NCBI GenBank assembly: GCA_001244265.2
Contig: CDLV01000004.1
Location: 1,798,001 to 1,862,000 of the forward strand
Direction of reading: 5' to 3'
Length of the DNA: 64,000 bases
DNA from: Microbotryum violaceum
Lineage: Eukaryota
Shown: positions 13,110 to 33,119 of the stretch, one piece after another
Position numbering within the stretch: the stretch's first letter is position 1
How the letters are laid out: the number at the start of each line of letters is the position of its first letter
Made by a program: the position numbers and the translations under genes
The notes under the pieces: generated by a model
Told to the model about the DNA's origin: nothing
The model's database searches: none
The model's input: the letters and a program-made list of their open reading frames with translations, nothing else

Positions 13110-14073
13110 CAACATTGGTGTAGGAGTTGTCAAACAAATACCTCAAGCGGTGAAAACCCAGCCTTCTGGGGAAAACTGCAAGAAATTGATCTAAATGGAG
13201 GAAAGTTCGAACTTTTTGGTGATACACAGGGATGGTGGGCGGGATGACAATTGGGAGCTTTGCAACCCAAGCTTCTGGATGTCAGTTGGCTGCAACTGAG
13301 GATGGAGCAAGTCCACTGATCATCTCAGCATACCTTTGCGACAAAGGCAAGACACTGTATAAAGACAGTTGTGGCGCGGTTGGTGCAAAGGACGGCAAAG
13401 GGTCTGCTGAGAGATATGCGATTTAGCTCGTTGCCCAACAAGGACTCGGAGCAAAATGCCCCCACAAAGAATTTGCAAGGATCCAAGTGCAAAGTACACC
13501 CTGCAACAAGCTTGGGTGTATCGAAGCACTTCCCCCGAGCTATTCTAAGCGAGCCACATCGAGGGTTTCATATCGAGCTGCTAGCAGCTGTGAATGTCCG
13601 GCAAGATGGAACTCTCAATCAGCGACCTCAGATCAGCAAAATGGCCAAACGCGCGTAAGCGCGCGAAACCTCGTAAAGCAGTCGTTAAGCGGCCTAAAGC
13701 TGCTCTTAAGCGCCCTCAACCACTCGTTAAGCCGCACACGTGTTAAGTGTACCCTAGATAAGGGACACCTACGGCGCGCATACGGCGCGCTTTGTTTGCA
13801 TACGCAAAGCGGTCCGTAAGCGCTCTTATGCGCGTATGCATCCTTATGCGCATCTTATGCACCGTTAAGCGCTGTTAAGCGCGCGTAATCTCGGGCAAAT
13901 CCTTAAGCGGGTTCGCGCGCATCGCCATTTTGCTGATGCTTGTCAGCTGGGAGGTAGTCTTGGGAGTGAGGAACGCACCTGTCGCTACAGGTGGTGAACG
14001 CAGCCATAGAAGCTGGTAAGGAAACATTGACAATGCAGTGAAGGCCCAAAAGGGAACGTGCGTTGCGAGTACC

Positions 14074-14297
14074 TGTAATACACTCCGTAGGAGTGTACAC
14101 CAGAGAGCAACGACGAGAGTATCACAGGACCAAAGTATGTGGAATTAACACTGGACACTCGTGTTAGTTGCTACAATGACTATGACTTCTGATCCACCAT
14201 AGGCTCACCTGGACACTCGTGTTAGTCGCTGAGGGGAGACTAAGATTGTCCAGGCGCGCGCTCCCTTCTCATAAGGCCCAGGCGCACGGGCCTTACA
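14074..14297 (-). mobile_element. Solo LTR, family E (subfamily E2); left inversion breakpoint
   Basis: TGTAAGGCCC...TATTACA on the minus strand. Its flanks (CCAAG and GGTAC on the element strand) do not match each other but match those of 41735-41957. Confidence 0.93.
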
Positions 14298-15825
14298 CTT
14301 GGCTGTGCGGCGCTTGTGGGTGTGGAGCCGCTTTCGGCGATCACTCAAGTCAAGAAGTACAAGATCCCCAACAGCCCAAGAGGGCTCATCCCGACACCTC
14401 TTGTTGGACTGTGCTGCCTGGCAAACCTTGGAAATGGCAAGCTGGTCCCAGGCATCTTCGCAGGCTTGGAATTGAAGGGCAAGCAACTCCTCAACCGACG
14501 GCAAGTTGTCATTGCCGTCGACACGGGCAAGTGGGGTGAGGGAGGGCATGTAGCCAAGCACAAGCTCAAAGGGGGTTTTCCCGGTAGCAACATTGAGAGA
14601 CAAGTTGATGGCATACTCACAGACAGCAAGGCACTCCGCCCAGTTGGATTGCTCCTTGTTGACGAGCGCTCAAAGAATCTGGAAGGCAGTCTTGTTCGTT
14701 TTCTCACTGCAACCGTCCGTCTCCGGGTGAAACACCAAAGAGAGCTGGCGCTTGTGTAGGGCAGTCCAGAACTTGCTTGTAAACAGCTTGTCCCGGTCCG
14801 AGACGATGCTTTGAGGGAGGCCCAAGAGGCGGTGCCATCCTTCATGGAAGCGCGCAGCAACCTCTGCTGCAGTGTCAGCTTCGCGTGCAGGGAGCAAACG
14901 GATGTACCCCAACAGGCGGTCAGTGATTGTTAACACACGGTCAAAGCCTTTGTTGGTGGGCAGCGGTCCGACAAAATTGATGGCAATGTCGGCCATGGGT
15001 TGTGCTGGGACAGGTAGCGAGTGGAGTTTGCCAGCAATGCGAGTGGTACGAGCCTTTGTCCGTTGACAAGAATCACATTGTTGGACGTAGTGCTTGACGT
15101 CCCGGGACATGTTTAGCCAGAAGTATGCCTACTGAACGGTCCGGTACGTTTTCATATCACCTAGGTGCCCCTGCGCATCATGAGCATCATGAAGGATGGA
15201 CTCACGGAGCGGGGCTAGTGATGGAATGATAAGCCGGCCCTGTAAATACAGCAATGCATCAACAATCTTGAAGTCCGATGTGACCGAGCCAATGTTAGTC
15301 ATGGCTTGCTGGCAGAATGGGTCGGTCTCGTACGCGTCAAGGATCTGCTGCTTGACAGCATCCAAAAGCTTGACATGGGAGACAGAGGCCATTAGGGTGG
15401 ACAGTGGATCAGTGAAGGAGTATCGACTCATCGACTCATTGCATTGGCTACAATGTTGTCCTTGCCAGGCAGGTATCGAAGGTCGCAATCAAATTTGGCC
15501 AGGGTGTCCAGCCAACGGGCTTGTCGGCAAGAGAGAACGGTGCGCTGGGTCTGGAAGTGCTCGATTGTGGAGTGATCAGTGAGGATGTGGAAGTGACCGC
15601 CAAGCAAGTTGATGCGCCATTCCTTGAGTGCTTTGACAATGGCAAGGAGTTCCTGCTTGTGAGTGGGGTAGTTGCGTTCAGTGGGTATGTATTGCCTGGA
15701 CCAGTACGCAATGGAGCAAGCCATCTTCCACTCCTGACCCTGGAGGAGGACACCACCAATTCCGTGATTGCTTGCATCAGTCATCACCCAGAACGGAGCG
15801 GTGTCGGCGGAGTGGTTGGGCGGCT

Positions 15826-24811
<8,986 letters not shown>

Positions 24812-26911
24812 TGGCTGAAGGCAGTCGAGTGAGGTGACAATGGCCTTGATGGCTTTGAAGTGGCGGATCTCGTTGGGTGTCCAGATTGTGGCAATAGATG
24901 AGAGTCCTTGGCGTGTCGAGGGAGTCAGCGCGGCGGTGTGCTCAGCAAGGCCAGGGATGAACTTGCAAAGATACTGCACCAGCCCAAGGAAACCCCTGAG
25001 TTCCTTGACCATCTTGGGTAGTGCCCAGTCTTCAATGCGCTGGATCTTCTTGGGATCAGCATGCACCCCGGCGCGGTTGATGATGTGGCCAAGGAACGAG
25101 CATTCCGCGGTGGCAAGGTTGGTTTTGGTTGGAGAGCAGTAGAGTTTGGCACAGCGCAGCGCTTCCATGACTTGCCAAACATGGGCCTTGTGCTCCTCCA
25201 GTGTGTCCGCAAAGATGGTGATGTTGTCGAGGTAGACGAAGCAGATGGTGCCAAGCAAGCCTTGGAGTGCCTTGTTGACACGTTGTTGGTGGGTGGCAGG
25301 GGCATTGCAGAGACCCATGGGCACGACGGTCCACTCGTACAAACCCCAAGGTGTGGACACAGCCATCTTAGGGATGTCCTCTTCCGCCATCTTGGTCTGA
25401 AAGAAGGAGTTGGTCATGTCGATTTTGGCCCAGAATTGCGCATTGGAGCACATCAAGAGAATGTCATCAGGCAAGGGCAGAGGCGTGAGGTCTTTGACGG
25501 TGTGCTTGTTGAGCTCGTGGTAGTCGTTCACCCAGCGCGGGGCGATCGTGGGATCCACGTCGCAGCCCTTCTTTGGGATGATGAACGAGGGTGACGAGTA
25601 TGACAACCGAGAGGGGCGGAGGCGACCAGCCGCAAGATGTTCCTGTAGCAGTAAGTGCCATGCCTCGCAATACTTCTTTGGGAGGGGGTATCCCCGAAGG
25701 TTGACAACAGTGGCCGGATCGTCAAGCTCGATGCGGTGTCGCACCGGGGATTGGTACGAGTGTACAGGCGGGATATCCGCAGGAAAACGGTTGGCAAAGT
25801 CCGCTTGGAGGCGATGGTCAAGCGCGGCAAGGCGGAGCTGCTTCTCGTCGTCAGAAACCGGAGCAATTGCGGCAACCCGCGCGGCAGCGCACGGCTGGGA
25901 TGACAGCGCCAGCAGGTTGATAGAGTGTATAGGGTTGGCTTTGGAGGTGAGGTGTGGCTGAGGGAAAAGGCCAAGCTCCAACTTGTGCCAATAGATGAAG
26001 TTGCCTCCCAGGATAATCTCAAGGTCCTTCCCAAGGGGCGCTACCTTGGCATACGTTGGTCCTGCGGTCCAGAGCCCATTGGCCAGCTCGAGCGGGACTC
26101 GAACAAAATGCGTACAGGTGAAGACAGTGGGCCCTTGGTTTTGCATTGCAAGGGTGTACTTTGAGTGCGGTTCCAAGGTGCGCCTTCCCAAACCCAACCA
26201 CTGAACAAGCTCCTCACTGACAAATGTTTGTGGCAATCCCGAATCGACTAGGGCGGAGGCAAGGAGAGGGCCATGAGCGCCAAGTAGGGAGACGGGTAAG
26301 GGGGGAAAGGGATGCGGTGCGTAGGTGCTGTGGATTTAGGGCGGGTCATTGGGTTTGTACGCGGGGCTGTGGGCGCTGTGGAGTTGAGGTGGGTCATTGG
26401 GCTTGTACGCGGGGCTGGGGCTAGGGGCAGCGGACGTGGACATGGTGCGCGGAGATTGTGTGAGGGCGGCTGGTGAGGCGTGCGAAGGTGGTGCGTGTGT
26501 GGGCATGCTGGGCTGTGCTGGGGCTGGGGGTGTGCGTGCTATGGTTGTGGGATCGGCTTGCCTCGACCGATCTGGGCTAGTCGATAGGTTTGATGGTTCG
26601 ACTACGGCCGGGCCTGATGAATGTAGGCCGTATCGTTGGGGTACCAATGAACTCAATGTTGTCAAAAAAAAAGTGAAAGGCACGAGATCACTCTCGAGCC
26701 TCACTGGCGACCTAAGCTGACAGGTGCAAGTTATATGGATTGCAACTAGCTTCTGGTGTCAGCCCAATCATCTACGAGAGTGCTGAGATATGGAACACCA
26801 GTACTCACCTAGCTTCTGGTGTCAGCACGATGAGGAGGGAACTGAAGAAGCTAGGTGCGCGCAATCTCTATTTCTAGTGCCTGTGGCCCGTAGTAAGGCG
26901 CGCGCCTTACA

Positions 26912-27710
26912 CCAGAACCCGACCCCAATTCAGACCGAGACCGACACCGATACAGAAGCCGATACCGATACCGATACAAACACAGACACAGACACCAATA
27001 CCGATACAGACACAGAACCCGAACCCGAGACCGATAGAGAACCAGAACTCGAATTCGACGACGCACGGGGCAGACCAGCTCCGCCGCCGCGAAGGACAAG
27101 ACGAACCAGAACCCAGAACTGAGATCTCGAACAAGAACCAAGACAGGAATTCTTCGAACTCAAACACGAACCAGAACCCCGCGACCCGGCCCCACAGTCG
27201 CTCCCGCCATCACGCCTGCCCAGCCCAGCTCTGCGAAACGGCCTCAAACACCGTTACCGCCCCCCTGCAAGACGGCTTCAACACCGCACCCGCCCCAGAT
27301 ACCGATTGGAACAAGACAAGAACCGAACGAGATCAGACCCGAATTGATCCGAACCGAACAAGAACAGACTCCTGAGCCAAATCAAACAAGAAAAGGACGC
27401 AACAGTTACGACCGAACCCGGAGGACTCTCAAGCGTTTCAGAGGCAGACCACAACAAACGATCCCTTGCATCAGAAGCTGGAGGAGGGAATTGATTCAAG
27501 GAGGGGTGAGTGTAAGGCGCCGCTCCGCTTACGCCTCACGACGACCTCAAGCCGACCTCTGCGGCCTCACGCTTGCCCTCGCGCGTGGCGCCGCCGCGTT
27601 TCTTGACCTTAGTCCTTTTAGTAGTCTTTCTTTGCCTGCGAATACACCGTTTGATCCTTTCTGTTTGGACTCGGAACCAGTGAGGCTCGAGAGCAATCTA
27701 GTGCCTTTCA
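26912..27710 (+). mobile_element. TRIM-like non-autonomous LTR element (family B), 3' half: low-complexity internal region, PPT, 3' LTR 27511-27710
   Basis: PPT AAGGAGGGGTGAG precedes TGTAAGG. The 3' flank CTTCG matches the 5' flank of the LTR at 42698-42898 (CGAAG on +). Internal GAYACC/GAACCC hexamer-like repeats with no retroelement domain. Confidence 0.85.
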
Positions 27711-28409
27711 CTTCGAGCCTCTATTCAGGAGTCCAAGGGTTGCCTAATGTCTCTGTAAGACACCAAAGGGGGCTTTAGTGGGTATGGTTGATCCTGGTTC
27801 AGGGTCAACAAGTCCTACACTACTGGCATCTGCCAGTGTGCGTAACAGCATTCCCTCCAACTTTTCCGAAGATCCTTAAAACTATATAATAAAAAACACC
27901 ATCCAGACAAAGAACGTCAAAGAACATCAGAGACTGGGAGACAAACCACGTGGCGTGACGTCATAGGCTCTTGGTCCACCTTGTCCCAGCTAGCTAGCGC
28001 TGTTTCAGAATGGTTTGGCCAGCCACAGGTCGTTTTGTCTACGTTCGCCGAGGTTCCATTTTCCATCAAAGCAGTCTAGGCTGGCACATGACTCTCTGCT
28101 TCCCAAAGCAGACTGAGACAACCTGTCTTGCGTGTCTACCACATTGTAGCATAGTTCTTTCAATCATCAAATTCCTGCCACTGCCGAAATCTATGCCAGA
28201 CCTCGGGTAGTGTTGGCCAGTGCGCCAATTCCGCCGTTAGGGGCCCCGCCAACGTGTCACGGACTTGCCGACACTGGGCTTCACTCCACAACGTTCCGCG
28301 CCTTCCGCAACATTCTATGAGTCCGGTTTAAACTGAGGTGCAGGCTTCTCCATCTTTCTCCCTCCTGCTCTTCACACCTTGCCCATTGCACCTCATCCCA
28401 TTGCCACCT

Positions 28410-28812
28410 CATCAGGAACTTTACCACACGCGCTTCAGAACAATCTAGAGCAATTCAGAGCCAATCTAGAACAATTCAGGCGTAAAGCGCATTCAGCCCT
28501 GCGCTGCTAGATTGCTCTAGATTTGTCTGGAAATCCAGACATTCAGCATTTCCAGAACATTTCCAGCTTCGCTGGATAAAACTTATGGCTGTGTTTGCAA
28601 TGACTACATCAGGATGTGAGCACTACTGCCTGCCATGTGGTACAAGACTCTGACTAGTGTGTATAAGTCTGTGACAGCAAAAATAATTCATTGCACAAGT
28701 TGCTACTTCAGTGTGACAAAGTGGTGGATCTAGACATGATCCAGAACAATTCAGATGTAAAGTCATCTAGACAGATTTAGCCGCGCACCGTCAAGTGGTA
28801 AAGTTCTTGATG
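28410..28812. mobile_element. Non-autonomous TIR element (MITE), 403 bp
   Basis: 18-bp TIRs CATCAGGAACTTTACCAC and GTGGTAAAGTTCTTGATG (1 mismatch). Subterminal CAATCTAGA/CAATTCAGA repeats. Possible 2-bp TSD CT. Confidence 0.7.
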
Positions 28813-28982
28813 CTCAAGCTCACGACATCCGAAGCGGTTGTTGTGGAAGCTCTGCAACAAATACGGGATCAAGAAATGGCTGCATGCAACATAGCTATGA
28901 ATTCGAGTAAGTAACTTCATGAACTGTGCTCTTGGTGTGGGATTGTTCAGGAGCTAATGGAAAACTACCAAGCAGCAATACC

Positions 28983-29207
28983 TGTAAGGCCCGTGCACCT
29001 GGGCCTTAGATGGAGGGGGGGCGCGTGCCTGGGCACTCTTAGTCTCTCCTCAGTGACTAACATAGAGTGTCCAGGTGAGCCCAAGTGGATCAGGAGGCAT
29101 TGTTGTATCAGCAACTAATGTAGAGTGTGCAGTGTCAATCCTACATACTTTGGTCCTGTGATCTTATTGTTGTTGCTCCGGTGTGCACTCCTACGGGGTA
29201 TATTACA
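28983..29207 (+). mobile_element. Solo LTR, family E (older, diverged copy)
   Basis: TGTAAGGCCC...TATTACA. TSD ATACC (28978-28982 and 29208-29212). Confidence 0.93.
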
Positions 29208-29462
29208 ATACCCTTCAACATGTCTTCTTTGAATGTCAACCCTCGAGTTATTTCTTCACCGTCAGCTGGTGACACTGCATGCGTGAGTTGTCCCTTGACA
29301 TGGCTGTGCAGTATTAGTTATGACGGAAAAACTGATACAAAAAACAGACATTGGACATCAGTGACACAGCGGAAGGACTGACTTCATACGGTTGAGAATC
29401 CGGGTCGTTGGGACACTAAAGTGAGTTGTCACTGCCATTGTCAGGAGTGGGTCCAAGCTTTA

Positions 29463-29669
<207 letters not shown>

Positions 29670-29794
29670 TCAATGGGAAAGGCTCGAGCGAGAGCGTTCC
29701 GGTCCGGTCCCACACAGTTCTTCGCCGAACCCTGCCTCTACTGCATCAAACATCGACGAATCATTCTGCTTCCAGAAAATCTAGAGCACAACAA

Positions 29795-30259
29795 TTGCGG
29801 AGACTCAGGGCAGGCAGCAAAATGAGTCTATCAATCAATCACCTCCACCCCAGCCAACGCCCGATGCCAACGCTATCCCGCAGCGACGACCTACAGTCCG
29901 GAACCTCCGGGAGCGCGTTTAGTTCGCGCACGGCAACATCCACCCGCCGCACAGTCACCAACTGCACTGCGTCCACTGCCGGGAGCCCACCCTCGACACG
30001 ACTTAGGTGCAATGGATACTCTGTGTTGGAAGTGGACTTTGAACGCTTGGGAGGACGGGACACTCCAGTATTCAGGGCATGTTGCAACGACGGCAAGGTG
30101 GAGCTGCCGATGATCAAAGCTCGGAACTTCTGTCCAGTCCTGCAAGAACTCCTGAAAACATAGATGAAAGCAGCGTAGAACCGTTACCATCTGCAATAAT
30201 GTAACAGAACTGCCAATTTTCAATGTGAGGTGGCGCGCGGAGCGCGCCGCCCAACCTAG
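29795..30259 (+). mobile_element. Internally deleted Helitron remnant: RepHel N-terminal Zn-finger fragment plus 3' terminus
   Basis: FRACCNDGKVELP...LQELL matches the Helitron CC..GKV.LP motif. GC hairpin GTGGCGCGC-GGA-GCGCGCCGC (30230-30250) followed by CTAG (30256-30259) and T. The 5' end is not defined. Confidence 0.75.
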
Positions 30260-31888
30260 TTTCTAGGTTTAAATATAATTATGCTGTTAATGAACTCTAT
30301 CAAATAAAAAAACCCTAGTTGAGACCGTCGTCAATTTCCCAAACTCGTGGCGCCTCCCAAGCCACCCCTCGGCACTGAGATCGTCGTCAATTTCCCAAAC
30401 TCGCACCTCCGAATTTTTCTGGAACAAACCTTCAGCTCTAAAGAGCTTCAGGTATATAAGATGGAAATAACATTCCCAGTCGGTATAGGATGCGTGAGAG
30501 TGTATTGAGAAATATTATAAGTCTGTTGTCACTGCATTGACTCTGAGGCTGTGATTCATCATATGGCTGGCTCGAGTTTGGACGCCGCGGGACCTTAAAC
30601 TGTTGCTTAAACCGTGTTAAACCTGCTTGCGAGCAGGTTTAACGCAAGCGGTTTAAGGCGGTTTAGCAACCGTTTAGTGGAAGTGCGCGCGTCGCTGCAC
30701 CAGGATTCGATCTAAACGGGGCGAGCTCACTGTCACTCACGACACACCAACTTAATTCCCGGCAACAACTGAAGCATGCTTGGTCCCTGGCGCATCGACC
30801 TCAAACAGAACCATCGCTTTCGACCTCCGAAATATTCTGGAGAAGAATAGAAACATCATGCGGATGCTGTGATCCTTGTGCGCAGGCAGGAAGGGACTCC
30901 AAGTTGATCCGGTGAAGCTCGCCCTCCTCGCTCCGCAGCCTGTGCCGCAGCCTTGACGGTCACTGCACAGCACCCACTGATCATGTGAAGCTTGAGCTGC
31001 CGGATGAGGATTGAGATGATCACTGGTTTTGATACAATCATAGACCGTACATAAAGGCTCAATTTGATTACTTGCCAAGTATGGGACATTTCGCGGTCAT
31101 GCGGCCCACCGGCCCCACATCTCAAATCAGGCTAGCCTGATCGTGCTCGGGGTCCCTCGGGCTATGCCCTGGCGGTAATTGAAAGACAGGGGATGTGCTT
31201 CGCTCCTTGCGGCCGCAGTTGTAACAGTCAAGTTGGAGTCATCACGTGCCTGCATTGAGCCAACTTGTTCCCTTGACATGCTCTGCCAAGTGCGTGATGA
31301 ATAAAGCCCACTGCAGCCTGCCTCCGACAACAAACAGCCCAAGCATGACATGCTGACATCAGCGGATATATAATTTCTGCCATTTGACGGAACTCGGCCT
31401 AAACTGCGACTATAGTGATGCTGTCTTGAACAGCGTTGAGATAGGCGCCAAACAGATCTTTGTAGTGACAGACTAATCCTGAGCCCCGACAATTGAACCT
31501 CGATCGCCGCGCATGGGTATGGCCCCTGTAATTAGGAGCACATAATGCTGCCGCACGTCATTTCAATACGGGCAGAGCTTTTGAGTCAGGATTTGGACAG
31601 TATCCAAACGTAAAAAGCAAACCCAAGAATCCGAGAGTTTTGGTGACTGTGTTTCTCCACTTTCGAGGCGCGTTCTTCTCGTTCATGGCGGCTTCTGCAG
31701 TGTTCACTCGACCCCTTGTCTACCGCTCATACAATATGATGTCGACTCTTGTGAGAGTTCGCAAAATGCAAAAAATTAGTTTGCGTATGCTCTGAGTCTC
31801 ATTGCCGCCGCCTGACAAGCTTTTAATGAAGGTTTTTGAATTGCCCCCCTCACAAGTAGTCACCTTCCTCACTGAAGCCGAGCACCTA

Positions 31889-32278
31889 CACATGCGCGCG
31901 TGAAACTCATGAAGCCCATATGGAACAACGCCGTATGTCTGCAAAGACCAAAGTTACCTTGCACCGTGAATGGCTTCCTTCTGATTTCAATCAGCATCAA
32001 TTGGAAGTGTTATTATTTTTGCCAGCCCCTTCACAACTAACTACACACAAAGTTACCTTGCGCCTTAAAATGGCTCCCTTCTGATTCCGCATCGCTTGAA
32101 ATTGCTGACTTTTTTGGCTGTGTAGTCCAGTTGTGAAGGGGCTGGCAAAAGAAATAACAATTTCAATCGATGCTGATTGAAATCAGAAGGGAGCCGTTCA
32201 CGGTGCAAGGTAACTTTGGTCTTTGCAGACATACAGCGTTTTTCCATATGGGCTCCATGAGTTTTGCGCGCGCATGTG
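31889..32278. mobile_element. MITE with long (~150 bp) imperfect TIRs and TA target duplication (Tc1/mariner-type)
   Basis: TA|CACATGCGCGCG...CGCGCGCATGTG|TA. The inverted similarity extends through GCCAGCCCCTTCACAACT. A second partial copy lies at 7791-8055. Confidence 0.88.
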
Positions 32279-32871
32279 TACTCCACCAAACCGCCGCCAA
32301 AAGTCAGAGCATTTGCAACTTCACCATCTGTGAAACTGGTGAAGATGGCCGTCAACTAATCGAATGTACTTCTCCGGCCGTTACCCCGGTCCATTTTCAA
32401 AAGTCAGAGATATATGTACTTATTATGAATGAACCTCGGTCGAGGTCTCTCCTTACTGGCGCCGAGTCACCTTTGGACTCAAAGGACTTAATCCTGCCCT
32501 TGTACATCAAACAGAACCCTGGTCAAAACTCGTGAGTGGACTAATTCAACATGTTGTTTTCATCTCTTGCCATCGGATAGGGTCCAATTGCAAAGTTCGG
32601 ATGCATGATTGAGCGCCTTGCCCAAATCAGAAAGCTCGGCGGTTCCGAGTGGCTTTTGCATTCAAAGCGCACGTAACTGCTCGTGTTAGCGATACAAAAA
32701 TCTCGTCAAAATCGGTGGGTGGATTCGATCAATATAATCAACATCTCTTGCCAGCGAACAGGGTCGAACCGCAAACTTCGGATGTATGTGCAAGCGCCTT
32801 TTCCGACCAACATGCCTCGGAGGTGTTAGAATCAACGATGATCCCGAAATGATCTACGAAAGAAATAAGAA

Positions 32872-32943
32872 CAGCTGGACCAGGAGTCGAACCTGGGTCG
32901 CTTCCATTAATCGGAAAAGCTTTGACCACTAGGCTATCCGGCC
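32872..32943 (-). tRNA. tRNA-like gene or pseudogene (72 nt) with non-canonical anticodon loop GATTAAT (apparent anticodon TTA)
   Basis: Folds as GGCCGGA-TA-GCCT-AGTGGTCA-AAGC-T-TTTCC-GATTAAT-GGAAG-CGAC-CCAGG-TTCGACT-CCTGG-TCCAGCT-G. A and B boxes present; perfect T arm; one mismatch each in the acceptor and D stems; lacks U33. Confidence 0.7.
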
Positions 32944-33000
32944 CCTGATATCAGTGCAAGGTCTACTACCACCTTCAACAGGAGGTTCCTCTTACTGGTT

Positions 33001-33119
33001 CATCTTTCATCTTTCATCTTTCATCTTTCATCTTTCATCTTTCATCTTTCATCTTTCATCTTTCATCTTTCATCTTTCATCTTTCATCTTTCATCTTTCA
33101 TCTTTCATCTTTCATCTTT
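33001..33119 (+). repeat. Perfect heptanucleotide microsatellite (CATCTTT)17
   Basis: Direct count: 119 nt = 17 x 7. Confidence 0.98.

Noticed and set aside
13655..13910. Clusters of TTAAGCG motifs (similar TTAAAC clusters at ~30595-30680 and AACCGCGGT at ~7595-7775)
   Set aside because: They look like subterminal repeats of DNA transposons, but I could not define ends or TSDs.
26605..26640. CTGATGA suggesting a hammerhead ribozyme core
   Set aside because: No correctly placed GAAA or three-helix fold.
26790..27247. ORFs with TDTD/SVSV/CIGIG repeats
   Set aside because: Low-complexity interior of TRIM B; open in several frames by composition.
32745..32860. Possible second tRNA gene around GGTTCGACCC
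   Set aside because: No convincing acceptor stem or cloverleaf.
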